Shown piece after piece: positions 34,082 through 44,230 of a DNA stretch of 64,000 bases (its first letter is position 1; every line of letters starts with the position of its first letter). The notes under the pieces are model-generated. The model had not been told where the DNA came from, searched no databases, and saw nothing but the letters and a program-made list of their open reading frames with translations. The position numbers and the translations under genes were made by a program. Source of the stretch: an uncultured Candidatus Saccharibacteria bacterium (GTDB lineage Bacteria; Patescibacteriota; Minisyncoccia; Phycocordibacterales; UBA9973). The DNA lies in NCBI GenBank assembly GCA_964645245.1, contig CAZYBS010000001.1, forward strand, positions 91,388-155,387, read 5' to 3'.

Positions 34082-36601
34082 ATGGGTAAAATGACAGCAA
34101 AAAATATCACAATAAAATTTATCTCTGTCTTGCTGATTATTTCTATAATAATGCCGGCTGTTTTATTTTCCAGACCCCAAAAAGCGGACGCCCAGTTCTC
34201 TGGCTGGGTTTCAGACTTTTTTGCCCCTTTTACAGCGGGAAGTACCGGAGTAAGCGCGGGGGTCAATACGACAGAAACAGCTTTTTCAATTAAAAATTTT
34301 GCAAAAGACATCGCCCAGCAGGTACTTATGGCTATTGCCAGGAGATCCCTGCAGGAAATAACTAAAAGCACTGTAAACTGGATAAATACCGGCAGGTGGG
34401 GTAACCCGCTTTTCTTAGAAAATCCAAATTCCTTCTTTAGGGATATAGCTAAATATGAAGTCAGAACCTTTGTGGACATGATCGGTTATGACCCGCTCCG
34501 ATATCCTTTTGGTAGAAATATTGCTTTAAGTACGATAGATACTTTTAAAAGAAAATTTGAAGATAATGCGCAATACAGCTTGAGTAAGGTTATCAATGAC
34601 CCTATTTTACTGCGGGATTACCGAAATAATTTTAATGTGGGAGGATGGAACGGTTTTCTGATAAATACCCAATACCCGCAAAATAATTATATAGGATTTC
34701 AGATGCTGGCGACCGAAGAACTGGCTAGAAGAACAACAGGACTAGCTCAAAATAAAGCGGAGGAAATAAATAAAAAACTACAGCAGGGAATGGGTTTCTT
34801 GTCTCCACAAATTTGCCGTTCTAATCCTAATTATCCCCCAGCCACAAATCCATACAATCCTCCAGTATTTAAAGAAACACCATGGGCTCCGCCGCCAGTG
34901 TCCGACCTTTCTTATGCTGTTGATGCAAATGGAAACTTCATATATGACGCAAATGGAAACCCTGTACCGGACCAATCACGAAGCAGGTATGATTTATATA
35001 AATCTAATTGGGAACGAACAAACCAAATCAACAGAGAGAATTTTAACAAAAAATATGATTGCCCGGAGGGTTTGATAAATACTACTCCCGGCGGCGTAGT
35101 GGCAAACCAAATAACAACTGCGATGAGTTCAGTAGTCCGCAATAAAGAATTGGCGGCAGCTATGGGTAATAGCATTTCGGCTATTTTGGATACTCTATTA
35201 AGTAAGTTTATGGGTGACGGACTAAGTGCTTTAACAAGCAAGGTGAACCCGAAACCGCCTGCGGATGACTGGAGTTATCTGGGCAATACTTTAGGCAGCC
35301 CAAGTAATAATTTTGGTAATGATTGGAGTGTCGGTCCGGATGAAGTAATTGTGCTATCTGACTTTAAGACAGCAATAGATGATGGAATAAATAATACTGA
35401 AACAGAACTTCAATTAATGGGTGATCTAACGCAATTACTCAGTGAAATTTGGCCGGAAGCGCGAAAACTTGATATATGCATACCTGGTCCGAATATAGGC
35501 TGGCAAGACAGAACAACGGAAGAGATGACTAGAAATAGCAAAGGACTTCAAGGAGAAGCAAATAAAGATAGCGGGGAAAAATCAGTTCAAGCCGGCTTGG
35601 TTCTCAAAGAATTAAAATTCGCCGTAAATTTATTTAAGGATTGGATAAATAATAAAATGATAACCGAGCTTCCAAATTCAGTCATTTATATGGACGCAGT
35701 GGATGAAATCCACGATTTGGCCCAACAATCAGACGAGTTGACCGACAAAAAACGAGCTAAAACTCAAGCGCTGGCAAGGTTAAAAGCTATAGAGACAGCT
35801 CTGAATAATACGGAAAGGTTTTCAACTCAACCAGCTCCAGGTTCTACTGGAGAAATAATTTTGATATCGTTAAAAAAACAATATAATGCCACCAGGAATG
35901 CGGTCTCAAACAGTTTTACCATAGGAGACACACAAAACGAGCTAGCTATCGCGAAAGGTAAAAAGGCCAATCTGGAAAAGCTGGTAACAGAATGCGTGGC
36001 AGAGAGAAAAGCCAAGGGCTGGACAAACCCAGGCTGGACAAGCCAAGACAGACAAATAAACCAAGTTCTGTTTCAGAACAGCACATATCTTGACAAAGGC
36101 ACAGAACAAAATATATTCTGCGATTTCCCAATTCAGGAAGGATATGACCATGAATCTTTTAGACACGCCAATGATAACGAAAATCAAAGAAAAACTCTCA
36201 AAGAAAGAGAAGCAGGCATGGGTCCACGAACTATTTATCAAACAGTACCATATGTAAATGCAAAAGATGTATTGAAGTGGAAAGGAAAGCTTGGATTATT
36301 TAGCCACTCTGCCAACATGCAGCTAAGTTGCAACATTATATACAAAGCCAATGTTCTGGACTATAAAGGCAACTTGCCTGGAACAACTAATATAGTAGAT
36401 CCTTATCAGGAACTGCCGGATGATACGGGCGGGGGAGATGGGGATGGCGGGGGTGGAGGCGGCGGAGATGGAGGTAAAACGCCAAATCCGCACCATGCAA
36501 ATCCTCCGGGAGTTTGCGCGAGTGATGAAGAGGTTGCCGCATTCCTAGAAAACAATCCCGGAGATGAGGAGAGATTACCCACATCTTTCCCATGCAATTA
36601 A
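34082..36601 (+). CDS. Large secreted/cell-surface hypothetical protein (839 aa) with a C-terminal Gly/Asp-rich tail
   Basis: N-terminal signal anchor. No known domain. The tail is GGGDGDGGGGGGGDGGKTPNP. First gene of the T4SS-like block. Confidence 0.5.
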   Translation: MGKMTAKNITIKFISVLLIISIIMPAVLFSRPQKADAQFSGWVSDFFAPFTAGSTGVSAGVNTTETAFSIKNFAKDIAQQVLMAIARRSLQEITKSTVNWINTGRWGNPLFLENPNSFFRDIAKYEVRTFVDMIGYDPLRYPFGRNIALSTIDTFKRKFEDNAQYSLSKVINDPILLRDYRNNFNVGGWNGFLINTQYPQNNYIGFQMLATEELARRTTGLAQNKAEEINKKLQQGMGFLSPQICRSNPNYPPATNPYNPPVFKETPWAPPPVSDLSYAVDANGNFIYDANGNPVPDQSRSRYDLYKSNWERTNQINRENFNKKYDCPEGLINTTPGGVVANQITTAMSSVVRNKELAAAMGNSISAILDTLLSKFMGDGLSALTSKVNPKPPADDWSYLGNTLGSPSNNFGNDWSVGPDEVIVLSDFKTAIDDGINNTETELQLMGDLTQLLSEIWPEARKLDICIPGPNIGWQDRTTEEMTRNSKGLQGEANKDSGEKSVQAGLVLKELKFAVNLFKDWINNKMITELPNSVIYMDAVDEIHDLAQQSDELTDKKRAKTQALARLKAIETALNNTERFSTQPAPGSTGEIILISLKKQYNATRNAVSNSFTIGDTQNELAIAKGKKANLEKLVTECVAERKAKGWTNPGWTSQDRQINQVLFQNSTYLDKGTEQNIFCDFPIQEGYDHESFRHANDNENQRKTLKEREAGMGPRTIYQTVPYVNAKDVLKWKGKLGLFSHSANMQLSCNIIYKANVLDYKGNLPGTTNIVDPYQELPDDTGGGDGDGGGGGGGDGGKTPNPHHANPPGVCASDEEVAAFLENNPGDEERLPTSFPCN

Positions 36602-39051
36602 ATATAGAAATGAAAAAGAAAGCTAAAAAAATAATTCCGTACTGCTTGATACTGATCGCGATATTCGCATTGGTTGGACTTTTTAACCCGGCGGGGGAGG
36701 CGCAGGCGCAGACACCGCCGCCAATAACCACAACTGGATGCTATAACGTAAACAATCAGATTCAGGGTACTCCCCCACTTAATCAAAGTCAATGTTTAGC
36801 GCTTGGAAGTTCGGTACGTTGGGTAGTGGTAGCAGGTACCCCGACTCCGGCATCACCTCGAGCGGCAGGGGAGGATTCAGAGCTTACAAAGAATATACCG
36901 GGCTGTGCGGTTATTACCGGTGATTTTGACGATTGTATAGTAAAAATTTCATACTATCTTTTTTATTCTCTTCCATCCTTTTTACTGGGCATAGTAGCAA
37001 GTATTTTTAATGTTGTACTGTCTATTTCATTAAGCAGCTCTCTTTACACTAAATCTCCCTTTATCCCTGAAGCATGGGCGGTTGTCCGAGATCTTTCCAA
37101 TATTTTTTTCATACTTATCCTGCTTTATATAGGAATAAAAATAATTTTAGGACTTGGCGGGTCTGAGGTCAAAAAGATGATAGCTCAAATTATAATCATG
37201 GCACTTTTAATCAACTTTTCTATGTTTTTCACAAAGATAGTTATTGATGCTTCCAATATCTTAGCATTGATTTTTTATAATAAAATTGATACTGAAGTGA
37301 AGATAACAACGGGCTCAACCAACATGACAACCACAGGGAGAGATTATCTGCCAATTACCAACCCGGCAATAACTGGTAACGTGGAAAAAGATATTGCGGG
37401 TGGATTGGCCTCCGCCTTCAAACCTGGTGAAATGCTAACTCCAACTTTCTTTGAAAAAGCCGCGACGAGAACTATAAGGGCACCGAGCTTGTCAGGTGCC
37501 GCCGCTTATACACTCGGCGGAGCGCTTGCAGGAAGTTTCATACCAGTCGTTGGCACGGCAATAGGAGCGGGGGTTGGAATTGCAGGCTATGCGGCTAGTA
37601 CTATTTTTGGTTTATGGACAAGTGAACCGGTGCCAAACTCTCTATTGTTTGGAATAATTGTTACAAGCGGAGCAATTATGTTTTTCGCGATTTATGCATT
37701 TTTTATATCAGGTATGAGCTTCATAGGCAGATTGATTGAACTTTGGATATTGATTATCGCTTCCCCTTTCGCTTTTATGTCTTCAACTGTACCATTACTA
37801 AGCGGTATACCTCACGTCGGCTGGAAAGAATGGTTAAAACGCCTTTTACAAGTTTCTTTTATGGCGCCAATTTTTATGTTCTTTTTATATTTGATATTTA
37901 AATTGGTATCAATAGATGTATTTGGAGATATTGCAGCTAGAGGCTTCGCAGACCAGGGTACCTTTGAGGCTATAGCACTGCTTTCTATAAAAGCTATAAT
38001 AATTTTAATACTTCTTCTAAAAGCAACTTCTTTTGCTAAAAAGTGGTCAGGCCAATTAGGGGAGATGATGATGAAAGGCGTGGCAATAGCAGGAGGAATT
38101 GCCGGTGGATTGGCAATAGGTGGAACAGCATCTGTGTTACAAGCAAGTGTGGGTAAGTATAGTGACCGGTTTGCCGAATCCACAACAGCAAAAAGATGGA
38201 TAAGAGAAGGCAGATTTGGTGCTGATACCTTACAGAAAATGACCAGCTATCTGGGAGGTGCAAGCTTTGATGCAAGAAAGGGAGTGGCTGGTGCAGCTTT
38301 AGGCGCTGTGTCTTCAGTGACTGGATTAGATCTCGGAGCAAAATCCCAATTATTATTAAAGAAGGATGGCGGATACAGGGAAGATAGGAAGAAGGCTGTA
38401 GAAAAGAGAATGCAGAGAGCACAAGAGCTTGAAGTTGGAGAAGACGAGGAGCTTACACGAAACTTACATGAACTAGAAGAACAGAAACAGGGGTTGCTTA
38501 GAGACGTTTCACATGATATTGAACAACTTGATAACAGAATTAAGACTTGGAGGGATAGGTCAAGAGATAGAGCTGAAAGAGTCAGGGTACTAAATGGCGA
38601 CCCTAATGCAACTCAAGCAGAAAGGGGTGCAGCGGCGGTAGAGGCAAGAGAAGCAGTTGATAATCTGAGAGAACTAAATACACATAGGAGGGCAATTAAA
38701 GACGGAGAGAATTTCACTCCGACAGCTGTTTCAGCCATAAACCTAGCAGACGTAGGAGTAGTGCAAGCTTACAGTACAAGGGCTAGGGTAGGTGGAGTAG
38801 CTACAGGAGCTTCAATAAATCAGTTGGAAGACACTTTTATCCCCCAGGTTCAGCATGAAATAGAAAGAGAAAACAGAGACAGAAAATGGGCTTACGCTAA
38901 CTACACCGAGATGGGAGGCGGAGGAATCAGAAACTTTTTCAGAGCAATAGGATTACAGCGAGCAGGAGACAACGAAGAATCTCGCAGAGAAGCCGCTCAT
39001 AAAATAATAATGGAGGCAAAGGTAGAGGATAAAGGAGGAGAGCATAGTTAA
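36592..39051 (+). CDS. VirB6/TrbL-like polytopic membrane protein with a long C-terminal coiled-coil extension
   Basis: Signal peptide, then ≥6 TM helices (…IFFILILLYIGIKIILGLGG…IIIMALLINFSMFFTKIVID…). Placement in the cluster with VirB4 and the PrgI-like protein. Confidence 0.5.
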   Translation: MQLNIEMKKKAKKIIPYCLILIAIFALVGLFNPAGEAQAQTPPPITTTGCYNVNNQIQGTPPLNQSQCLALGSSVRWVVVAGTPTPASPRAAGEDSELTKNIPGCAVITGDFDDCIVKISYYLFYSLPSFLLGIVASIFNVVLSISLSSSLYTKSPFIPEAWAVVRDLSNIFFILILLYIGIKIILGLGGSEVKKMIAQIIIMALLINFSMFFTKIVIDASNILALIFYNKIDTEVKITTGSTNMTTTGRDYLPITNPAITGNVEKDIAGGLASAFKPGEMLTPTFFEKAATRTIRAPSLSGAAAYTLGGALAGSFIPVVGTAIGAGVGIAGYAASTIFGLWTSEPVPNSLLFGIIVTSGAIMFFAIYAFFISGMSFIGRLIELWILIIASPFAFMSSTVPLLSGIPHVGWKEWLKRLLQVSFMAPIFMFFLYLIFKLVSIDVFGDIAARGFADQGTFEAIALLSIKAIIILILLLKATSFAKKWSGQLGEMMMKGVAIAGGIAGGLAIGGTASVLQASVGKYSDRFAESTTAKRWIREGRFGADTLQKMTSYLGGASFDARKGVAGAALGAVSSVTGLDLGAKSQLLLKKDGGYREDRKKAVEKRMQRAQELEVGEDEELTRNLHELEEQKQGLLRDVSHDIEQLDNRIKTWRDRSRDRAERVRVLNGDPNATQAERGAAAVEAREAVDNLRELNTHRRAIKDGENFTPTAVSAINLADVGVVQAYSTRARVGGVATGASINQLEDTFIPQVQHEIERENRDRKWAYANYTEMGGGGIRNFFRAIGLQRAGDNEESRREAAHKIIMEAKVEDKGGEHS

Positions 39052-39064
39052 AAAATAAAAAATC

Positions 39065-39568
39065 ATGACTGAAAAATTAAAACAAACAATTAAAGAGGAG
39101 GTGATGAAGTTGCCGAAAGAATTGCAGGAGGCTATCAACGCTTTTGATTGGGTGAAAGTTACAGAAGAACTGGGAGAAAAATATAAACTTTCAGAAAGCG
39201 AACTGAATGATTTTCAAGTAGAAACCTTGTTGGTTTTAGTAGGATTCACGGATCTGAATTTTTATGCAACTGCCATTGAAAATCGGGTTGGCATTACTAA
39301 AGATGACGCAAAAAAAATGGCTGACGAAGCCTTAGAAAAAATATTTACCCCAATAGCGGACAAAATTACCGAAAAAATTAAAGAAAAAACAAAAAACAAA
39401 AACCCGAGCCCGGAACAGACGCTTAATTTCATTCTTTCTGGCGGAGACTACTCGGCTTTTATGGAACAAAGAGAAAATCAAGCACAAGAAGCTGCGCCAA
39501 CTAATAAGCCTATAAATCCTCCATCTCTGGCCGACATAAAAGCTAAGTTATTAATAGACAATAAATAA
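39065..39568 (+). CDS. Small acidic hypothetical protein (tandem paralog A)
   Basis: Shares an N-terminal helical motif with the ORF at 39570 (…DW…LE.E.LL..GL…ELENRM…). Confidence 0.4.
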   Translation: MTEKLKQTIKEEVMKLPKELQEAINAFDWVKVTEELGEKYKLSESELNDFQVETLLVLVGFTDLNFYATAIENRVGITKDDAKKMADEALEKIFTPIADKITEKIKEKTKNKNPSPEQTLNFILSGGDYSAFMEQRENQAQEAAPTNKPINPPSLADIKAKLLIDNK

Positions 39569-39569
39569 A

Positions 39570-40217
39570 ATGCAAACACCAATAGATTTACTGCAAATAA
39601 AGATTGAAAAAGCCAGAGCAGCCTTGCCGGCCGAAACTCTCAATGCCATTGCCGCTGTTGATTGGAAGGCAGCCATTCTGGGGATGAGAGCTAAAAAAGG
39701 ATATACCTTTGAGCAATTGGGGGATTTAGAGCTGGAAACAGAATTATTGCTCTGCGGCCTTTTAGCTCCCGGTGGTTATCCGAAGGAATTGGAAAACAGA
39801 ATGAAAATCTCCAGAGCTCAAGCAAATGAATTGGTAAATGAAATGAATGACTTAGTTTTTAAAAAGATAAGAGAAGAATTAATCAAGAATACTGAAAGAA
39901 AAAAAATATTCGCAAATAAGATGACCCCCCCGCTCCGACCTGAGTCGAAGCACTCCCCCTTAGCAGGGGGAGAGGATAAAGCCTCCCTTGATAAGGGGAG
40001 GTTGGAGGGGTTTGGGGAGAAAAAGGAATCATTACCAATACCGGGGAAACTAGAACTTGAAACAGCCCATCCAATATTAGCGCAAAAATTATCCGGTTCT
40101 TTTCAAATTCCGATGGTAAAAACCGATCACTCCTTGAAAAATCTCCAGCCCTCTTCCACCCAGAACGGAACAATCCCAAAAAAGCCGGTCGATCCTTATA
40201 GGGAAATACCGGAATAA
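39570..40217 (+). CDS. Small hypothetical protein (tandem paralog B) with an in-frame GC-rich repeat insertion
   Basis: Paralogous N-terminus. The segment PPLRPESKHSPLAGGEDKASLDKGRLEGFGEKK is encoded by repeat DNA at 39935-40020. Confidence 0.4.
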   Translation: MQTPIDLLQIKIEKARAALPAETLNAIAAVDWKAAILGMRAKKGYTFEQLGDLELETELLLCGLLAPGGYPKELENRMKISRAQANELVNEMNDLVFKKIREELIKNTERKKIFANKMTPPLRPESKHSPLAGGEDKASLDKGRLEGFGEKKESLPIPGKLELETAHPILAQKLSGSFQIPMVKTDHSLKNLQPSSTQNGTIPKKPVDPYREIPE

Positions 40218-40221
40218 AATT

Positions 40222-40656
40222 ATGCAATTCAAAGTCCCACAATTTTTAGACATAGAAGACAAGATTTTTGGCCCATTTACTTTCAGGGAATTTGTTTATT
40301 TGGCCGGCGGGGCAGGTTTATGTTTTGTACTTTATAAAATACTAGGGCTTTATTTGGGCGCTATCCCAATTTTAGCCGCAGCGGGACTGGCGCTGGCGCT
40401 TACTTTCTACCGGCCAAATAATAAGCCTTTTATAAATATGATTGAGGCGGGATTCAACTATTTTGTAAAAGATAAACTTTATATCTGGAAAAGACGTAAG
40501 GCTAAAATGAGCAGTGACAGACAATTAGAAACTTCGGATGGAGATAGAAAGAGAGAAAACTTGGAGAACGAGGTCCGGCTGGGCGGAAATAAGTTGCGAG
40601 ACCTGGCTTGGAGTTTGGATGTGCTAGACTCAAATAAACACCAAAATGAGTTATAA
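40222..40656 (+). CDS. PrgI-like (VirB3-like) conjugation-system membrane protein
   Basis: MQFKVPQFLDIEDKIFGPFTFREFVYLAGGAGLCF… matches the PrgI-family N-terminus. Two TM helices. Confidence 0.45.
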   Translation: MQFKVPQFLDIEDKIFGPFTFREFVYLAGGAGLCFVLYKILGLYLGAIPILAAAGLALALTFYRPNNKPFINMIEAGFNYFVKDKLYIWKRRKAKMSSDRQLETSDGDRKRENLENEVRLGGNKLRDLAWSLDVLDSNKHQNEL

Positions 40657-40680
40657 AGTTTATAAAGTAAAAACAAAAAG

Positions 40681-41319
40681 ATGGCCCTAAACGCAAAAGC
40701 AACTCAAGAATTTGTACCAATCAAGGAGGTCCGCGACGGAATAATTATGTTGAAAGACGGCGGATTGCGGGCAATTGTGCTGGCCAATTCAGTCAACCTA
40801 TCCTTAAAATCAGACGACGAACAGAAAGCAACAATCCTTCAATTCCAGAGTTTTCTTAACACTTTGGACTTTGCTGTCCAAATATCGGTGCAATCAAGAA
40901 GACTGGATATCCGGCCTTACCTTTTACTTTTGGAAGAAAGAATAAAAGTGCAAAACGAGCCCTTGCTTAAGTTGCAAACAAAAGAATACGTAGAGTTCGT
41001 TAGAAATTTCACTGAGTCGGTGAGTATAATGACCAAAAGCTTTTTTGTTGTGGTTCCTTATACGCATACTGTTCTAAAATCAGATTCCGGAACATTTAAA
41101 CGCCTATTTGGAATAAGAAGTAAAGAAGAAGTAAAAATAGCCAAGCAAGAAGACTTTGAAGAAAAGAGGTCCCAACTGGAAGAAAGAGTGGGGGTAATAC
41201 AGCAAGGACTTGGCCGTTGCGGTATAAAATCAGCCCAATTAGGCACGGAAGAGATTGTGGAGGTATTTTATAAAGTTTTTAATCCCGGGGAAGTGGAAGG
41301 GAAAATTAAGCTGGAATAA
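40681..41319 (+). CDS. VirB4-like N-terminal domain, encoded as a separate ORF 5 nt upstream of the VirB4 ATPase body in another frame
   Basis: …VPIKEVRDGIIMLKDGGLRAIVLANSVNLSLKSDDEQKATILQFQSFLNTLDFAVQISVQSRRLDIRPYL resembles the extreme N-terminus of VirB4/TrbE proteins. Combined length 212+626 = 838 aa, about full VirB4 size. Confidence 0.45.
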   Translation: MALNAKATQEFVPIKEVRDGIIMLKDGGLRAIVLANSVNLSLKSDDEQKATILQFQSFLNTLDFAVQISVQSRRLDIRPYLLLLEERIKVQNEPLLKLQTKEYVEFVRNFTESVSIMTKSFFVVVPYTHTVLKSDSGTFKRLFGIRSKEEVKIAKQEDFEEKRSQLEERVGVIQQGLGRCGIKSAQLGTEEIVEVFYKVFNPGEVEGKIKLE

Positions 41320-41324
41320 AAATT

Positions 41325-43205
41325 ATGTCTATTTTTGACACATTATTTAGAAAAAAGAAAATGGGGGGTGAAGTTCACCCCGCCGATGGCGGGGCAAGTG
41401 CCTCAATTTTAGCGGTATTGCCAGAACAAATCTACGAATCAGCCAGTCTGGAACTGCAAGATGTCATCGCGCCCTCGGCGCTTAAAATTGAATCAAAATC
41501 CATAAACCTGGGCGATAAAATCGCGCGCACTTTTTTCATAATATCTTATCCGAGATTTTTGACCGACAATTGGTTTTCCCCAATAATCAACTTGGATAAA
41601 GTTTTTGATATTTCAATTTTTATCCACCCGATAGATACATCCTTAATGCTGCGGCAATTTCAGAAAAAAGTCGCTGAAGTGCAAAGCCAAATAAGCGTAC
41701 GCGAGAGCAAGGGGATGGTGCGCGACCCGATGCTCGATACCGCTTACCAAGACCTGGAAGGACTCCGCGACAATTTAATCCAGGCGCAGGAAAAAATGTT
41801 TGATGTCGGTATTTATATCACAATTTATGCCAACAATGACTTGGAACTTTTCAAACTTGAAAATGAAATAAAGTCAATGCTGGAGTCAAAATTAATATAC
41901 ATTAAACCGGCGCTTTTTCAGCAAGAAGACGGTTTTAAGAGCGTTATACCGATAAATACCGATTTACTAAATATCCACCAAAAATTAAATTCTGAACCGC
42001 TTTCCAGCGTTTTCCCTTTCATTTCTTTTGACTTAACTTCTGATAAAGGCGTACTCTACGGCGTCAACCGGCATAATTCCAGTTTGGTAATTTTTGACAG
42101 ATTTTCTCTGGAGAATTATAACTCGGTAACTTTTGCTAAAGCCGGCGCAGGTAAATCATATGCCACGAAACTGGAAGTTTTAAGGTCTTTGATGTTTGAT
42201 ATTGATGTCATTATAATAGACCCGGAACGGGAATATGAATTTTTGGCGGAAGCTGTGGGCGGACGATATTTCAGCATTTCCCTTTCCTCGGACCACCACA
42301 TGAACCCTTTTGATTTGCCAATGCCACGCGAAGACGAAACAGCCGAAGATGTCTTGCGTTCAAATATTATTAACCTCGTTGGACTTTTCCGATTAATGCT
42401 GGGAGGGCTTACGCCGGAAGAAGATTCAATGGTGGACCGCGCCATTTCCGAGACTTATGCCATCAAAGACATTACTCCAGAATCAGATTTTTCAAACATT
42501 GAACCTCCACTTCTTTCCGACTTTGAAATGGTGCTTTCGGGAATGGAAGGAAGCGATTCGGTCGTGCAGAGATTGGCGAAATACACCAAAGGTTCTTGGG
42601 CGACATTTTTAAACAGGCCTTCCAATGTGGACATTAATAAAAAGTTTGTGGTATTTTCCATCCGCGATATGGAAGACGAATTAAAGCCAGTCGCAATGTA
42701 TATCATTATGCATTATATCTGGAATGCAATACGCAAAAATTTGAAAAAGCGCTTATTGGTTGTGGATGAAGCTTGGTGGATGATGAAATCCGAAGATACT
42801 GCATCTTTTCTCTATTCTATCGCCAAGCGAGGCAGAAAATATTATCTGGGCCTTTCCACTATCACTCAAGATGCGGCTGACTTTTTGAATTCCCCCTACG
42901 GCGTACCGATAATCACCAACTCTTCCATCCAGCTTCTCCTAAAACAATCCCCCACCACTATTGATATCCTGCAAAAAACTTTTAATCTTACCGACGAAGA
43001 AAAATATCTTCTTTTAGAATCCAGTGTGGGTGAGGGCATCTTCTTCGCAGGATTAAAGCATGTCGCCATAAAAGTCATTGCTTCTTATACCGAAGACCAG
43101 ATTATCACCTCCGATCCTTCACAAATACTATCAAACAGAAAAGCCAAAGAAGAGCAGGAGGCAGAGCAAATACGGACACCAGATAGAGCTTTAGGCGCTA
43201 TCTAG
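41325..43205 (+). CDS. VirB4/TrbE/CagE-family type IV secretion ATPase (body)
   Basis: CagE_TrbE_VirB-like region (…LGDKIARTFFIISYPRFLTDNWFSPII…). Walker A FAKAGAGKSYATK, Walker B LLVVDEAWWMM. Confidence 0.8.
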   Translation: MSIFDTLFRKKKMGGEVHPADGGASASILAVLPEQIYESASLELQDVIAPSALKIESKSINLGDKIARTFFIISYPRFLTDNWFSPIINLDKVFDISIFIHPIDTSLMLRQFQKKVAEVQSQISVRESKGMVRDPMLDTAYQDLEGLRDNLIQAQEKMFDVGIYITIYANNDLELFKLENEIKSMLESKLIYIKPALFQQEDGFKSVIPINTDLLNIHQKLNSEPLSSVFPFISFDLTSDKGVLYGVNRHNSSLVIFDRFSLENYNSVTFAKAGAGKSYATKLEVLRSLMFDIDVIIIDPEREYEFLAEAVGGRYFSISLSSDHHMNPFDLPMPREDETAEDVLRSNIINLVGLFRLMLGGLTPEEDSMVDRAISETYAIKDITPESDFSNIEPPLLSDFEMVLSGMEGSDSVVQRLAKYTKGSWATFLNRPSNVDINKKFVVFSIRDMEDELKPVAMYIIMHYIWNAIRKNLKKRLLVVDEAWWMMKSEDTASFLYSIAKRGRKYYLGLSTITQDAADFLNSPYGVPIITNSSIQLLLKQSPTTIDILQKTFNLTDEEKYLLLESSVGEGIFFAGLKHVAIKVIASYTEDQIITSDPSQILSNRKAKEEQEAEQIRTPDRALGAI

Positions 43206-43224
43206 CGCCTAAAGCTCTATCTGG
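43169..43224. promoter_or_regulatory. Long palindrome CCAGATAGAGCTTTAGGCGCTATCTAGCGCCTAAAGCTCTATCTGG at the virB4 stop
   Basis: Shares CCAGATAG…GCGCTATCTGG arms with the palindrome at 17369-17394. Candidate terminator or operator. Confidence 0.5.
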
Positions 43225-43260
43225 ATAGTCAATTATCATATTTGGTTATATAATTGGGTT

Positions 43261-44229
43261 ATGAAATTAAAATTTTCATTATTAATTGCAGTACTCATGC
43301 TGTCTGGAACAGTAGCAAATGCCGCTTCATCCAGCAGTATCTTGGTTAACATCGTACCTGAAAGTCCAGCTCCGTATGAAGACATAGCTATTAGCTTGAA
43401 CAGTTATGCCAATAACCTAGACAGCGTTTTAATAACATGGTCTCTGGATGGTAAAAGTGTTCTATCTGGAATTGGGAAAAAATCGTTCTCCTTAAAAGCT
43501 CCGGCTGCCGGCTCTGAGACTATCGTCACCACTGTCATATCTTTGCCAGCTGGTAATATAGAAACAAGGATGATAATAAGGCCATCTGTCATGATACTAC
43601 TTTGGCAAGCAAATGATTCTTATGTTCCGCCATTTTATAAAGGCAAAGCCCTACCGACAGCCGACAGTGAGATAAAAATAATAGCTATGCCCGAAATAAG
43701 AATAACTTCTGGATTAGCTGATTCAAAAAATATGACTTACGCTTGGAAAAAAGATTATACCAACGACCAAGGGGCTTCGGGTTATGGCAAAAACTTTTTT
43801 CTTTACACCAATGATTATCTAGAAGATTCCAACAATATATCGGTGGTAGCATCAACGGTAGACCAGAAATATTCAAGTCAAGCAAGCATAACTATAGGAA
43901 CAAAAGAACCAAAAATATTATTTTACAAAAATGATAATAGTATCGGAACAATTTGGGAAAAAATACTTACTAATCCGCATAAAATACAAGGTGATGAGAC
44001 AGTCGTAGCAATACCTTATTTTATTTCACCGAAAGAAATACAAAATCCGAGGTTAGTATGGAACTGGTTCATTAATGATAATATAGTAAATATATTAGGT
44101 TTTAAAAAGAATTTTATGCCGCTTAAAGTGCAAGAGGGAACTTCTGGAACATCTAAATTAAAATTAGAAATTGAAAACAAGGATAAAATTTTTCAGACAG
44201 CCAGTAAAGAAATTAATATAGAATTTTAA
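43261..44229 (+). CDS. Secreted hypothetical protein (signal peptide, beta-rich)
   Basis: MKLKFSLLIAVLMLSGTVANA signal peptide. No known domain. Confidence 0.45.
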   Translation: MKLKFSLLIAVLMLSGTVANAASSSSILVNIVPESPAPYEDIAISLNSYANNLDSVLITWSLDGKSVLSGIGKKSFSLKAPAAGSETIVTTVISLPAGNIETRMIIRPSVMILLWQANDSYVPPFYKGKALPTADSEIKIIAMPEIRITSGLADSKNMTYAWKKDYTNDQGASGYGKNFFLYTNDYLEDSNNISVVASTVDQKYSSQASITIGTKEPKILFYKNDNSIGTIWEKILTNPHKIQGDETVVAIPYFISPKEIQNPRLVWNWFINDNIVNILGFKKNFMPLKVQEGTSGTSKLKLEIENKDKIFQTASKEINIEF

Positions 44230-44230
44230 A

